Shown here: positions 51,996 to 63,868 of the stretch, piece by piece
How the letters are laid out: the number at the start of each line of letters is the position of its first letter
Position numbering within the stretch: the stretch's first letter is position 1
Source: Methanothermococcus sp. Ax23
GTDB lineage: Archaea; AGJL01; Methanococci; Methanococcales; Methanococcaceae
Direction of reading: 5' to 3'
Assembly: GCF_049075655.1 (NCBI RefSeq)
Contig: NZ_CP157522.1
Span: 544,001-608,000, forward strand
Length of the DNA: 64,000 nucleotides
Program-made: the position numbers and the translations under genes
The notes under the pieces: generated by a model
What the model saw: the letters and a program-made list of their open reading frames with translations, nothing else
The model's database searches: none
What the model was told of the DNA's origin: nothing

Positions 51996-53417
51996 ATGAA
52001 AATCTACAACACATTAACAAAAAAGAAGGAAGAGTTTAATCCAATAGATGGGCATGAAGTTAAAATGTATGTTTGCGGACCTACGGTTTATGATTATGCC
52101 CATTTAGGTCATGGCAGAACCTATGTGGCATTTGATACTATTAGGCGATACCTTGAACATAAAAATTATATCGTCAAATTAATCATAAATTTCACAGATA
52201 TAGACGATAAAATTATAAATCGTGCAAATGAAAAAAGAATAACACCAAAAGAGCTCGCAGATAAATTCATAAAATCATTTTTGGAGGATATGGAAAAACT
52301 GAATATCAAACCAGCAGAGCTCTATCCCAGAGTTTCAGAACATGTGGATGACATAATAAAATTCATAGAAACACTTATAGAAAAGGGATATGCCTATGTG
52401 GCTGATGATGGGGTTTATTTTGATGTAAAAAAATTTGGAGACTATGGAAAACTGAGCAATATCAATTTAGATGAAATGATAGCGGGGCATAGGGTGGAAA
52501 AGAACCTAAAAAAGAAAAATCCAGAAGATTTTGCACTATGGAAGTTCGCCAAACCTAATGAACCAAAATGGGACAGTCCATGGGGTGAAGGGCGACCTGC
52601 ATGGCATATAGAATGTTCTGCAATGGGGATAAAATATTTAGGGGAACAGTTCGACATCCACGGCGGAGGAAACGATTTAATATTTCCGCACCACGAAAAT
52701 GAAATTGCTCAGAGTGAAGTTTATACAGGCAGAAGTCCTTGGGTAAAATACTGGATGCATACGGGATTTGTGATGGTAGATAGGGAAAAAATGAGCAAAA
52801 GTCTCGGAAATTTCATTACACTTAAAGATTTAATTGATAAGTATGATTCTGAGGTCATTAGGCTGTTCCTACTGCAAAGACACTATCGTTCCCCACTTGA
52901 TTACTCAGAAGAAGGATTACTTGATGCAAAAACCAATTTAGAAAAATTATACAACACCTTAAAAAATGTTGATGCAACTATTAGGAGCTCACATATAAAA
53001 CATAACTTGGATGACATTGATATAAAAACTTATGAAACCATTAGGAATGCTTGGATAAACTTTTATAACGCCATGGACGATGATTTCAATACACCAGAGG
53101 CACTTAAATATGTTTTCGAAGTTTCGAATGTCATAAATAGATATGTAAATACATCAAACAATCCAAACAAAAGTGTATTGACAAAGGCACTTGACTTCTT
53201 TAAAATGGTTGGAGAGATATTTGGAATCTTCAATAAGTTTGATAGCAAAGATAACGAAGGAATAGAAGAGGATTTAATAAATATTTTAATAAATATCCGT
53301 GCAAAGTTGAAAAAGGAAAAAAATTACAATTTGGCTGATGAAATAAGGGACGAATTAAAAAATATAGGTATTCAGCTGGAAGACAGCCCTAAGGGAACGA
53401 TTTGGAAAAAATTGTAG
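51996..53417 (+). CDS. cysS: Cysteine--tRNA ligase
   Basis: YVCGPTVY, HLGH, WHIEC, FPHHENE and KMSKS. Confidence 0.97.
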   Translation: MKIYNTLTKKKEEFNPIDGHEVKMYVCGPTVYDYAHLGHGRTYVAFDTIRRYLEHKNYIVKLIINFTDIDDKIINRANEKRITPKELADKFIKSFLEDMEKLNIKPAELYPRVSEHVDDIIKFIETLIEKGYAYVADDGVYFDVKKFGDYGKLSNINLDEMIAGHRVEKNLKKKNPEDFALWKFAKPNEPKWDSPWGEGRPAWHIECSAMGIKYLGEQFDIHGGGNDLIFPHHENEIAQSEVYTGRSPWVKYWMHTGFVMVDREKMSKSLGNFITLKDLIDKYDSEVIRLFLLQRHYRSPLDYSEEGLLDAKTNLEKLYNTLKNVDATIRSSHIKHNLDDIDIKTYETIRNAWINFYNAMDDDFNTPEALKYVFEVSNVINRYVNTSNNPNKSVLTKALDFFKMVGEIFGIFNKFDSKDNEGIEEDLINILINIRAKLKKEKNYNLADEIRDELKNIGIQLEDSPKGTIWKKL

Positions 53418-53457
53418 ATTATAATTATATAGATATAGGAACATATACGGGGATAAT

Positions 53458-54054
53458 TTGAGTAGCTACAAAACTATTGCAAAAGTGGGGAGCTCTAAAA
53501 AAGTGTTTAAAAATTCGGTATTTATTGGATACGCATCACCTGTAAAAAATGAAGAAGAAGCAAAAGACTTTATAAATAAGATAAAAAACCACCATAGCGA
53601 CGCAAATCACAATGTATATGCCTATATTGTAGATAATCATTTAAAATATGATGACGACGGTGAACCTAGTGGAAGTGCTGGAAAACCTATAATGAATATT
53701 TTAGAGCTCACCCACTTAAAGAACATTGTTGTAGTTGTGTCTAGATACTTTGGAGGTATAAAATTAGGATACGGCGGACTTGTGAGGGCATACAGCGATA
53801 CTGCAAAGGAAGCAGTGGAAAATGCAAAAATTATTGAAGTATTTGAAAAGGAGTGCTTCAAAGTAGAGCTCCCCTATAATTTATTAAGTATCGTAAAAAA
53901 GATAGTAATAGAAGAAAATGGAGAGGTTGTTAAGGAAGATTACGCAGATACCGTTGTTTTTACCATTGCAGTGAGAAAGGGGACTGCTGAGAAGGTTATA
54001 AAAAAATTAATTGACCATACCAAAGGGAATATAAAAATAAAAAATAATAAATAA
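53458..54054 (+). CDS. YigZ/IMPACT family protein
   Basis: ANHNVYAY, DDGEPSGSAG and RYFGGIKLG. Confidence 0.92.
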   Translation: MSSYKTIAKVGSSKKVFKNSVFIGYASPVKNEEEAKDFINKIKNHHSDANHNVYAYIVDNHLKYDDDGEPSGSAGKPIMNILELTHLKNIVVVVSRYFGGIKLGYGGLVRAYSDTAKEAVENAKIIEVFEKECFKVELPYNLLSIVKKIVIEENGEVVKEDYADTVVFTIAVRKGTAEKVIKKLIDHTKGNIKIKNNK

Positions 54055-54132
54055 AAATAAAAAAACAAAAATAAAACTTAACTAAAAAATAAAAAAATAA
54101 TGAAAGAAAAAGAATGAAAAGAAGATGATAAT

Positions 54133-56016
54133 ATGAAAAAATATTTTTTATTATTTTTATTATTGATAATACCGGTGAGTGTTGCAGATGTTTCAATTGT
54201 AGCACCAGCAGTTGCTGAAACAGATTATGGATATGTAGGAGCTCCTGTAAATATAGATGTGAAAGTATCAAAAGGAAACGGACATATATTTATGGACACT
54301 ATGCCTATGACACAGCTTGATATGCAGGGCTCGGCAAGAATAGCCGCAAAGGTAGCCTTTGATATATGTGGAAAAAATCAGAAGGATTATGATATATACT
54401 ATGTTGTTAGGTCTGATGTTCCAGTAATTGGAGGTCCATCAGCAGGAGCCACATTATGTGTAGCTACAATAGCATCGTTGAACAATTGGAGCATAAATAA
54501 AAATGTCATGATGACTGGAATGATTAACCCCGATGGAAGTATAGGTCCAGTGGGAGGAATATTAGAAAAGATGAAAGCCGCAAAATCCATGAATGTAGAT
54601 TATTTTTTAATTCCTTCCGGAGAAAGATATGTTAAGGCAGATTTAAATGAAGCTGACAATAATACGGTAGATGCAGTAGAATACGGTAAAAGTTTAGGGA
54701 TAAAAGTTATAGAGGTTAAAAGCATATACGATGCAGTTTATTACTTTACAAACCATAAAATCATAGAAAGAAATTACGAACCAAATCCCATAATTAAAAA
54801 CATCTACGATAATAAGATGGAAAATTTATCCAATAAGGTCTTAAAACAAACTAAAAACAATTACAATTATGTAGAAAATAGGCTAAATTATGAATACAAA
54901 TACAACACTCGAATAAACTACGATTTAAAGAAAGAGTTAGATACCAAATTAAAAACTTCAAAAACTAATATGGAATTAGCAAACAGCCTTTATATAAATA
55001 AATCATATTATGCCGCAACTTCAAAGGCTTTTGGAGCATTGATAACACTTGAAAGTATCAACACAACATTAAATTACATCGACAGCGATGATGGAAAGGA
55101 CTACCTAAAAAAATATCTTTTAAGCGTTCAGAATGAATTGGACAATGAGAAAATATTAATAAATAATAAAAATTTATCAAAAAATAACATAGAATACATT
55201 ATCGCATCTAAAAGTAGAATCTATGAATCAGAGGAGCTCATCGATAATGCATGGAAAGAATACTATAATAACAAACCACTATCTGCAATAGAATATGGGG
55301 CTTATGCAAAATTAAGGGGAAAAAGTGCCATTTGGTGGCTAAATTTAAATGATAATAATAATTATAATAAAAATGGCAATAAAAATATCGAAAATGAATT
55401 AATAAACGAATCTGATTTAAAATATCTTGCTCAGGAATATCTCGATAATTCAGAGATTGTTGTGCTATATTCTTCGATGGTATTGCCAACAGCTTTAACA
55501 AATGATGCTATGAAAAATTTAGATGATGCAAAAAAGTATTACAATCAAAAGGAATATTTGCTGTCAATTTCAAAAAGTATTGATGCCTATGTATATGCCA
55601 CAACTTCACTTAACTATATGGAAGATACCGATTATTTAAAAAAACTGGCAGAAAAAAAGATAAATTTAGCAGAAAATTATGATGATGGATGTATTCCAGT
55701 ATCTGCACTGGGGTATTACGAATATGCCAATACATTTAACGATAAAATGTCAAAAATATTATATTACAAATACAGCATAGCTTATGCTCAAATGAATATC
55801 GATGTATTGAATGAATTGAATGGCAACATTTCAAAAGTTGTAGAATACGACGAGAGCTCTACATTTACAGAAGACAGTCCTATAAATAATAATATTGAAA
55901 CGAGCACAAACGCCAAATACAATATAACATTAAATATGGCATTTTTAGCTTTGGGATTATCCTGTGGAGTGTTTGCAGGATATCTTTTAGGTAGAAGGAA
56001 CAGGGATGACGAATAA
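54133..56016 (+). CDS. Secreted, membrane-anchored S16 (Lon-C) serine protease
   Basis: Signal peptide, GGPSAG, MTGMINPDG and GGILEK; C-terminal TM. Confidence 0.88.
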   Translation: MKKYFLLFLLLIIPVSVADVSIVAPAVAETDYGYVGAPVNIDVKVSKGNGHIFMDTMPMTQLDMQGSARIAAKVAFDICGKNQKDYDIYYVVRSDVPVIGGPSAGATLCVATIASLNNWSINKNVMMTGMINPDGSIGPVGGILEKMKAAKSMNVDYFLIPSGERYVKADLNEADNNTVDAVEYGKSLGIKVIEVKSIYDAVYYFTNHKIIERNYEPNPIIKNIYDNKMENLSNKVLKQTKNNYNYVENRLNYEYKYNTRINYDLKKELDTKLKTSKTNMELANSLYINKSYYAATSKAFGALITLESINTTLNYIDSDDGKDYLKKYLLSVQNELDNEKILINNKNLSKNNIEYIIASKSRIYESEELIDNAWKEYYNNKPLSAIEYGAYAKLRGKSAIWWLNLNDNNNYNKNGNKNIENELINESDLKYLAQEYLDNSEIVVLYSSMVLPTALTNDAMKNLDDAKKYYNQKEYLLSISKSIDAYVYATTSLNYMEDTDYLKKLAEKKINLAENYDDGCIPVSALGYYEYANTFNDKMSKILYYKYSIAYAQMNIDVLNELNGNISKVVEYDESSTFTEDSPINNNIETSTNAKYNITLNMAFLALGLSCGVFAGYLLGRRNRDDE

Positions 56017-56105
56017 ACAAAAAAGTAATATCAATAAATAATGAATAATAAATAATAAAAGCAATACTGGATAAATATAATATAAAAGGTAAATAATGTG
56101 ATACT

Positions 56106-56882
56106 ATGGAAAAACCGATTATTTGCAGAATAAAAGAGATAATAGAGGAAAGTCCTACTGTAAAAACATTTATACTTGATAAATATTTTGATTTCAAAGC
56201 AGGTCAGTTTGCCATGGTGTGGATTCCAGAGGTAAATGAAAAACCACTTGGATTGTTAAAAACCAAAAATTCCATAAGCTTTGGCGTGGCAAAAGTTGGA
56301 GAATTCACCGAAAAAATGCACAGTTTAAAAGAAGGGGATTTAATCGGTGTAAGGGGACCTTATGGAACATCCTTTGAACCATTAGGGGACAAAGTCCTTG
56401 CAGTTGCAGGGGGAATTGGAAGCGTTCCAATATTAAGTGCTGTGGAGGAATTTTTAAAAAAGGGCATATCCATTACTACAATACTTGGGGGAAGAACAAA
56501 AGATGAATTATTATATTTGGATAGATTTCAAAAATGCGGAAAACTTCATCCATGCACAGATGATGGAAGTTTTGGATATAATGGATTTACAACGGATAAG
56601 ATGGAAGAAATACTAAAAAATGAAAAATTCGATTTAATAATTACCTGCGGACCTGAAATAATGATGAAAAAAGTTGTAGATATTGCAAATAAATACAATA
56701 TTCCTGTTCAGGTTTCATTGGAACGGTATATGAAGTGCGGTATTGGAATCTGCGGACAGTGTGCTGTTGATGATGAAGGACTCTGTGTCTGTAAGGATGG
56801 TCCAGTATTCTGGGGAGATAAATTAAAATACATATCCGAGTTTGGAAAGTATAAAAGGGATGCCAGCGGTAAGATTGTTTAA
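56106..56882 (+). CDS. pyrK: Dihydroorotate dehydrogenase electron transfer subunit
   Basis: GQF, RGPYG, GGIG, CGP and MKCGIGICGQC...VCKDGPVF. Confidence 0.9.
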   Translation: MEKPIICRIKEIIEESPTVKTFILDKYFDFKAGQFAMVWIPEVNEKPLGLLKTKNSISFGVAKVGEFTEKMHSLKEGDLIGVRGPYGTSFEPLGDKVLAVAGGIGSVPILSAVEEFLKKGISITTILGGRTKDELLYLDRFQKCGKLHPCTDDGSFGYNGFTTDKMEEILKNEKFDLIITCGPEIMMKKVVDIANKYNIPVQVSLERYMKCGIGICGQCAVDDEGLCVCKDGPVFWGDKLKYISEFGKYKRDASGKIV

Positions 56883-56899
56883 AATATAAGGGTGATATT

Positions 56900-57385
56900 A
56901 TCATTATCGGAGCTCAGGTATCAAAAAACTTCGTAAATACAAAAGATGACATACAAATACAGCAATGTGGAATTGATTTAAGAGTTGGAAAAATATTCAA
57001 ATTGAAAGGAAATGGAACACTTGATTATACCAATGAAAAAAGGGAGCTCCCCAATTACATTGAAATATTCGACTCTGAAAAGGACGAAAAAATTGAATTG
57101 GATGTTGGCATATATACAGTTCAAATAGCAGACAGGGTAAAAATCCCAAATAATACAGCAGGTTTTGCCTATCCAAGAAGTAGCCTACTAAGGATGGGAT
57201 GCACCATTTACACCGCAGTTCATGACCCAGGATATGAAGGTTATCCTACCTATTTAATGCATGTTTTGAACCCAATTACCATTTATAAAGATGCGAGAAT
57301 TGCTCAAATCGTTTATATTGAATGCAATGAAGTAAATGGAGAATATGAAGGAATATACAACGAAAAAAATAAAAATAAGGAATAA
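56900..57385 (+). CDS. dut: Trimeric dUTPase (archaeal type), apparent ATC start
   Basis: In-frame (M)IIGAQ...QQCGIDLRV upstream of 57002; PRSSLLR, HDPGYEG and RIAQ motifs. Confidence 0.8.
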   Translation: MIIGAQVSKNFVNTKDDIQIQQCGIDLRVGKIFKLKGNGTLDYTNEKRELPNYIEIFDSEKDEKIELDVGIYTVQIADRVKIPNNTAGFAYPRSSLLRMGCTIYTAVHDPGYEGYPTYLMHVLNPITIYKDARIAQIVYIECNEVNGEYEGIYNEKNKNKE

Positions 57386-57441
57386 TAAATAAAAAATAAA
57401 TAAAAAAGGAAATTAAAAATAATGGCTAAAAAAATAAAAAA

Positions 57442-58701
57442 TTAATAACTGTCAAACCTGCTAATTTCTGTTATTTCTCCAACTAAATTTTTATTCATCA
57501 ACTCTTTTGCCTTTTCTATGTCATAGTTGCCCAATAAATACATCATTTTAACCAGTGCAACTTCTGGAAGCATATCTTCACATCCGATTACTCCCAATTT
57601 TTGGAGCTCCCTTCCGTTTGAATAGACATTCATATTTATTCTTCCGTTTATGGTTTGGGTAGCCATTGCCACTAAAACGCCGTTATCTGTTGCATATTTT
57701 ATATTTTCGAATATTGTTTCAGGAGTGTGTCCCAATCCTGTTCCTTCAATCACAATTCCCTTGTATCCATTATCCACATAGTAGTTTATGATATTTCCAT
57801 CGATTCCCGGATATATTTTTATTAAAGCTACTTTTTCTTCTAAATTGGTGTTAATAGCTATGTTTTTTCCTTCGCTTTTCTTTATATCTCTTAAATATTC
57901 AATCTCCTTTGTGAATGGATTTATTTTTGCAACAGGGATATTATTTATCGATTTAAAGGCATCTCTTCTTGATGAATGGGACTTCCTAACCTTCACCCCT
58001 TCATGCAGATAGCAGAATGTATCCCCACTTTCCCCATGCATAACAACATAAACTCCCTTAATTGGTTGAGTGGATGCAATTACAGCACTTATAAGGTTCA
58101 ATGCCGCATCTGATGAAGGTCTATCGCTACTTCGCTGAGCTCCCACGAGAACTATTGGAACATCTGCATCAATCATAAAGGATAAGGCACTTGCTGTGTA
58201 GTGCATGGTGTCTGTTCCATGAGCTATTACAATTCCATCTGCACCGTTTTCAATTTCCTTCTTAATCTCTTCTGCAATCATCTTCCAATAGGTTGGTGTC
58301 ATATTTTCGCTTAATATGTTTAAAACAGCCTTACTATTTATATTTGCAATATCCAACAATTCAGGAACTGCCCTTATTAAATCGTCAGCTGTGAAAGCTG
58401 GATGAACGGCACCTGTGTTATAATCCACCCTTGAAGCTACTGTTCCACCAGTTGATAGAATTGATATGTTTTTTAAATCCTCTTTTTTCTCAATTTCCAA
58501 TGGTGGAAGTTTGTATGTTGGTTTTTCCCCTTTGTTTATTAATTCTATTGATTTAATTTTATTCTTTGAAATGCCTATGTTGTATCCATTTTTCATTTTA
58601 ATTACTATGATATTTTCATCCAAAGACGGCATTATAGTTCCAGTATAGTCCGTATTTTCCGTTTTTATAGTTATTAAATCTCCAATATTATAATCATCCA
58701 T
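57442..58701 (-). CDS. gatD: Glu-tRNA(Gln) amidotransferase subunit D
   Basis: [17 protein letters not shown] and [12 protein letters not shown]. Confidence 0.96.
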   Translation of the reverse strand: MDDYNIGDLITIKTENTDYTGTIMPSLDENIIVIKMKNGYNIGISKNKIKSIELINKGEKPTYKLPPLEIEKKEDLKNISILSTGGTVASRVDYNTGAVHPAFTADDLIRAVPELLDIANINSKAVLNILSENMTPTYWKMIAEEIKKEIENGADGIVIAHGTDTMHYTASALSFMIDADVPIVLVGAQRSSDRPSSDAALNLISAVIASTQPIKGVYVVMHGESGDTFCYLHEGVKVRKSHSSRRDAFKSINNIPVAKINPFTKEIEYLRDIKKSEGKNIAINTNLEEKVALIKIYPGIDGNIINYYVDNGYKGIVIEGTGLGHTPETIFENIKYATDNGVLVAMATQTINGRINMNVYSNGRELQKLGVIGCEDMLPEVALVKMMYLLGNYDIEKAKELMNKNLVGEITEISRFDSY

Positions 58702-58841
58702 GATTTCACCGATAAAAATTGAAACTAAAAAATATAAAAAATAGATATAAAAAAATAAATTAATTTGGTTTTTTAATTGTTATTTAATTAATTATTTATC
58801 ATTTAATTATTATTAAATTATTACCTATTGTTTATAATATT

Positions 58842-59894
58842 TTACAAATATTTCTTAACATAGAGCTCAGCATTTAAAACACTTGCACCAGCCGCTCCCC
58901 TGATGGTGTTGTGTTCAAGAGCTGTATATTTAACTGTAAATATTGGGTCTTTTCTAATTCTTCCAACGCTTATAGACATACCATTACCTGCATCCCTGTC
59001 CAATCTTGGCTGAGGTCTGTCGAGCTCATCTCTAATAACAATAGGCTTCGCATAAGTTGGAAGGTCGTATTCTTTTAATGGGTCGAATTTATCCATGACT
59101 TCTTTAATTTCTTCTGGTTCTGCCTCTTCCTTAGTTTTAACAAATATGCTTTCTGTATGGCCATCAATTACAGGAACCCTATTGCATGAAACTCCGATTT
59201 TAAAATCTGCGTCTATAAATTTGCAGTTTTCTTTATCCATGGCTCCCAATAGCTTTAAACTTTCAGTTTGCATTTTCTCTTCTTCGCTTCCAATGTATGG
59301 GATTAAGTTATCAAGTATTGCCATGGATGGAACTCCGTTGTATCCTGCCCCACTGATTGCCTGCATTGTAGTAATATTTACCAAATCAAGCCCAAATTTA
59401 TCCATTATTGGCTTCAATGTAATCACTGCCCCTATTGTAGAACAGTTAGGGTTTGTAATTATCGCACCATCCCAGTTTCTGTTTTCCCTCTGAACCTCAA
59501 TCATTTCAAAATGTTCAGGATTTACCTCAGGAATAATAAGTGGAACATCATTTTCCATTCTCATAGCTGACGCGTTTGAGAAAACCAGTTTTCCAGCTTT
59601 TGCAAATTCTGGTTCCAATTTTTTTGCCAAATCTGATGGAAGTGCTGAAAATACAATATCTACATCTTCAAATGCCTCGTGGTTTGCATCTGTTGGAACT
59701 ACAATTTTGTTTGCCAATTCTTCTGGAATTGGTTCTGATTGATACCAATAACAGGCGTCAGCGTATTTTTTTCCCGCACTTCTCTGTGATGCGGCCAAAA
59801 CTTCCAAATCAAATATAGGATGGTTTTCAAGCATCTGGATAAATCTTTGCCCAACATTACCTGTTGCTCCTAAAATACCTACTTTTATATTCAT
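58842..59894 (-). CDS. asd: Aspartate-semialdehyde dehydrogenase
   Basis: [21 protein letters not shown] and HNTIRGAAG. Confidence 0.96.
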   Translation of the reverse strand: MNIKVGILGATGNVGQRFIQMLENHPIFDLEVLAASQRSAGKKYADACYWYQSEPIPEELANKIVVPTDANHEAFEDVDIVFSALPSDLAKKLEPEFAKAGKLVFSNASAMRMENDVPLIIPEVNPEHFEMIEVQRENRNWDGAIITNPNCSTIGAVITLKPIMDKFGLDLVNITTMQAISGAGYNGVPSMAILDNLIPYIGSEEEKMQTESLKLLGAMDKENCKFIDADFKIGVSCNRVPVIDGHTESIFVKTKEEAEPEEIKEVMDKFDPLKEYDLPTYAKPIVIRDELDRPQPRLDRDAGNGMSISVGRIRKDPIFTVKYTALEHNTIRGAAGASVLNAELYVKKYL

Positions 59895-60061
59895 TTTTTT
59901 CACCAAAATTACTTATAAAATTAGAACATTAAACATATAATTATGATTATATTATAATGTACTTTATTATATATATTTTAGTCAATGATGATTATTGAAT
60001 TTAATAAGTTAGGATTTAAACATGCGGATAAATAATAAAATGGAAATTTACTGGTGTTAAA

Positions 60062-61246
60062 ATGGATAACAGTGATAAAGTAGTGATTACAGCGGATGAA
60101 TTAAAAAAAATGATTAGAAACAATGAAGAGGACAAAATAGATGAAATAGATATAGTAACCACTGCAACATGCGGAATAATGTCTGGAACCATGGCGGTTT
60201 TCCATATTCCAATTGCAGACAGTGGAACATTTAGAAAGGCGGAAAAGATTTATTTAAACGGCATAGAAGGTTATGTGGGACCATGTCCAAATGAATATTT
60301 GGGTAGTGTGGATGCAGTAGTCTATGGGACAAATTATACTGGTGAATATGGTGGAGGATTTTTATTTAAAGATTTAGTATCTGGAAAAGAGATTGAAGCT
60401 GTTGTGGAAAGTGGGGGAAAAACGTATGAGAAAACATTATCATTGGAGGACATTCCAACAGCAAAAATGATTGGAACTAGAATGGCATTTAAAAACTATG
60501 TGGCAATTACGAATTTAAGTGATGAGTCTGTAAAAACCATATTCCATAGAAGAAGGTTAAAAAAAGGAGAGGCATCATTTTCTGGATGTGGTGAAATAAA
60601 TCCACTTCAAAATATGAAATGTGATGAAAAGGAATTATTTGGAAAAAAAATTCTATTAAACGGTGCAGAAGGACTTATACTAGGATATGGAACAAGACAT
60701 TCTCAAAATAAACCAAATATAATGATATCTGCTGATATGCACGATATGGATGCCTATTATTTAGGTGGATTTATCACTTCTGGTGGTGTAGAGGTATTCA
60801 ATACTATAGCTGTTCCCATTGAAGTAAATGAAAAAAACAAGGAGTATTTAAAAACACTTGATGAAAACATCGAGCTCCCACTAACAAATATAATCGGTAG
60901 AGTTCCCGTGGGAACTGGAAAATATTCAGAAGTATGGAAAGATGCAGAATTGAGGCCAAAAGTTGATATATATAGGTGCAGAAACTGCGATACATGTATT
61001 GCAGAGGAATTATGCCCTACAAAAGCCATAAAAAGAATTGAACATTTAGGTGGTAGGCGTCTTCCAAATGAAAACTGCTTTGGATGTGGGGTCTGTGTAG
61101 AGGCATGCCCTTATGGAATATACCAAATGAAGAGAAACAGTATATTGGATATCCCCATTACATGCAGACAGTCAGATAGGGAGCGAGCTCTGAAACTTGC
61201 TAAGGATTTGAAAAGAAGAATAGAAAAAGGAGAATTTAAATTATAA
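60062..61246 (+). CDS. Methanogenesis marker 16 metalloprotein (DUF39 plus ferredoxin)
   Basis: DIVTTATCGIMSGT, GPCPNE, SFSGCG, two CxxCxxC motifs, CRQSDR. Confidence 0.85.
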   Translation: MDNSDKVVITADELKKMIRNNEEDKIDEIDIVTTATCGIMSGTMAVFHIPIADSGTFRKAEKIYLNGIEGYVGPCPNEYLGSVDAVVYGTNYTGEYGGGFLFKDLVSGKEIEAVVESGGKTYEKTLSLEDIPTAKMIGTRMAFKNYVAITNLSDESVKTIFHRRRLKKGEASFSGCGEINPLQNMKCDEKELFGKKILLNGAEGLILGYGTRHSQNKPNIMISADMHDMDAYYLGGFITSGGVEVFNTIAVPIEVNEKNKEYLKTLDENIELPLTNIIGRVPVGTGKYSEVWKDAELRPKVDIYRCRNCDTCIAEELCPTKAIKRIEHLGGRRLPNENCFGCGVCVEACPYGIYQMKRNSILDIPITCRQSDRERALKLAKDLKRRIEKGEFKL

Positions 61247-61301
61247 CCTGCTTAATATTCCATCCATAATTCCCATCTTATATATTTATTTTTAATTGTT
61301 A

Positions 61302-61410
61302 TCGAAGCAAATTTTCAAGTTGCTGTCTCACGAAAACGAAGGTTTTCGTCGAGATTCACAAAAATATTGGTTTTTGTCGAACTTATAAAAACCTAAGGAG
61401 TTTTGTCAAG
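61302..61410. repeat. Degenerate palindromic-unit cluster
   Basis: ACGAAAAC-GAAG-GTTTTCGT and ACAAAAA..TTTTTGT units match, in reverse complement, units at 16181-16238. Confidence 0.7.
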
Positions 61411-61604
61411 TTTTTTATATTCCTTATTTTTAATATTATTTATTTATAATAATATGATATCTTCGTATATTTAGGTATTAACATATTACTAAATTATTTA
61501 ATATCTGTAATAACGATTTAAAATAGCAATTCTTAAATATAATATCATTAAAAATAATAGTAGTGGTATAATCAATAATAATCAAATGAAAAATCGGTGG
61601 TAAA

Positions 61605-62438
61605 ATGGTTGTAAAAATAGGCATTATTAAATGTGGAAATATTGGGATGTCTCCGGTAATTGATTTAGCATTGGATGAGAGGGCGGATAGAAAAGATATC
61701 GATGTTAGAGTTATTGGAAGTGGGGCAAAGATGGGTCCTGAACAGGTGGAGGAAGTAACTACAAAAATGGTTGAGGAAATAAAACCCGATTTTATAATAT
61801 ATATCGGACCAAACCCAGCAGCACCAGGCCCAAAAAAAGCAAGAGAAATTTTAAGTACATGTGATATTCCATCAGTTATCATTGGTGATGCACCTGGTTT
61901 AAAAGCAAAAGATGAGATTGCCGAACAAGGACTTGGATATATCATTATAAAATGCGACCCAATGATTGGTGCAAGAAGGCAATTTTTAGACCCTGTTGAA
62001 ATGGCTATGTTCAATGCAGATGTTTTAAGAGTGTTGGCTGGAACAGGTGCATTAAGGGTTGTTCAAAATGCAATTGACGCCATGATTGATGCAGTTAAAG
62101 AAGGAAAAGAAATTGAATTACCAAAAATAGTCATAAATGAAACAAAAGCAGTAGAGGCTATGGAATTTACAAATCCAAACGCAAAAGCAAAAGCGATGGC
62201 AGCATTTGTCATGGCTGAAAAGGTTGGAGATGTGGATGTTAAAGGATGCTTCATGACAAAAGAGATGGAAAAATACATCCCAATTGTAGCCTCTGCTCAT
62301 GAAATGATAAGATATGCGGCTAAATTAGTAGATGAAGCAAGAGAATTAGAAAAAGCTATGGATGCTGTGAGCAGAAAACCGCATGCAGCAGATGGAAAAA
62401 TATTAAGTAAAACAAAATTAATGGAAAAACCAGAATAA
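61605..62438 (+). CDS. mtd: F420-dependent methylene-H4MPT dehydrogenase
   Basis: KCGNIG, LDERADR, GSGAKM, PMIGARR and VASAHE. Confidence 0.96.
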   Translation: MVVKIGIIKCGNIGMSPVIDLALDERADRKDIDVRVIGSGAKMGPEQVEEVTTKMVEEIKPDFIIYIGPNPAAPGPKKAREILSTCDIPSVIIGDAPGLKAKDEIAEQGLGYIIIKCDPMIGARRQFLDPVEMAMFNADVLRVLAGTGALRVVQNAIDAMIDAVKEGKEIELPKIVINETKAVEAMEFTNPNAKAKAMAAFVMAEKVGDVDVKGCFMTKEMEKYIPIVASAHEMIRYAAKLVDEARELEKAMDAVSRKPHAADGKILSKTKLMEKPE

Positions 62439-62504
62439 AGTAAATTTTATTATTTAATTATATTTTATTTTTATTTATTGTTGTTTTTGTATTTTATTAT
62501 TTTT

Positions 62505-63725
62505 TTAATCGGATTTTTTTAAAATATTCATAAATTCGTCAATGGCTTCCTTTACTGTGTTTTTATCTGTTTTAATTACATTGATATAATTGTTTCCAAG
62601 GGCATTATAGGTTCCTGTGCCAATATCTTTAACAATAACTGCATTAATACCATTGTCCATTAAAAATTCCGTAATTTTTATGCCTCTTTTCTTATCCAAA
62701 TCTTTTGCAGGGTTTTCTTTTACTTCAATATCTTTTATATTATATTCATAAGAATCAACACTTGCAATTACAAAATATTTTGCAAGAGAAAATTTATCTG
62801 CTATCGCCGAGCTCATCACATCATTATCATTTATTACATTAATTGGAACTGCCACTTTGATATATCTTTTTTTGATGGGGTCAATATGGACAGTTATATC
62901 GGATATGTTTTTTATATTTTCTTTTATTTTATCTACAACATCTTCTGAAATCTTATGGGCAGATTTAAAGGATAAATTTTCATCCACTTCAATGTGCATA
63001 TCGCAGAATATAAATGGTCCAGATTTTCTAGCTTTTAAATGGTGAGCTCCTTCAACCCCATTTACACTTAATGTTATATTCTTTATTTGCTCAACTGTTT
63101 CTTCATCGCAAAAATCCATCAGCATATAAATATCCTTTTTAATCATTTTCAATCCCAAACCAATTACAATTAGGCTTATTATTCCCCCGACAATTGGTTC
63201 CAGAATGTAGTATCCAAAATAAGAGCCCACTACTGCAAACAATACTGCAATTGTGGTGTAGAAATCCACCAATGAGTGAGCTCCCTCCCCAACCATTGCA
63301 TCAGAACCTATTTCCTTTCCAACCTTTGCCTTATATTTATAAAGATAGTATGTAACTGCAAGGGAAACCAATACTGCAAAAATTACTGCAAAATGGTGGT
63401 GTATTGGTGTAGGATTGCCAAATTTTTCAATAGATTGTCGTAGTGTTTCAATACCAGTTATAAAAATGATAAATGATACTGCAAAGGATGCAAGGGTTTC
63501 TGCTCTGCTGTATCCGTATGGAAATTTAGCATTTGGCTCTTTTTGAGCAAGTTTTAATCCAAAATACACTGCAATAGGTCCCAATACATCAGATAATGAG
63601 TGTAGAGCATCAGCTACAAGAGCCACACTTCCGGAAATATATCCAATAATGCCCTTCAATACTGCAATAAATAATGTCAATATGGCACTAATTACCATGA
63701 CCTTTTTTCCTTTTTCAATATTCAT
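62505..63725 (-). CDS. Cation diffusion facilitator fused to a NifB/NifX-like domain
   Basis: ADALHSLSD, FPYG and VHIDP; C-terminal KVAVP...ENP...IG.G domain. Confidence 0.88.
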   Translation of the reverse strand: MNIEKGKKVMVISAILTLFIAVLKGIIGYISGSVALVADALHSLSDVLGPIAVYFGLKLAQKEPNAKFPYGYSRAETLASFAVSFIIFITGIETLRQSIEKFGNPTPIHHHFAVIFAVLVSLAVTYYLYKYKAKVGKEIGSDAMVGEGAHSLVDFYTTIAVLFAVVGSYFGYYILEPIVGGIISLIVIGLGLKMIKKDIYMLMDFCDEETVEQIKNITLSVNGVEGAHHLKARKSGPFIFCDMHIEVDENLSFKSAHKISEDVVDKIKENIKNISDITVHIDPIKKRYIKVAVPINVINDNDVMSSAIADKFSLAKYFVIASVDSYEYNIKDIEVKENPAKDLDKKRGIKITEFLMDNGINAVIVKDIGTGTYNALGNNYINVIKTDKNTVKEAIDEFMNILKKSD

Positions 63726-63868
63726 CTTTTCACTATTAAAAAATTTAATACCAAATATTAAATAATATACTTTTAATCTAATTATGTTATATATTTGATT
63801 GCATCTTATTTCTACTTTATTTTATTTATTCCACCATTATATAATTATAATTATTACGGGTGATTAAT

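Noticed and set aside
51996-53417. CysRS in a methanococcal genome as a novelty
   Set aside because: Patchy presence of cysS alongside the SepRS pathway is already known in this group.
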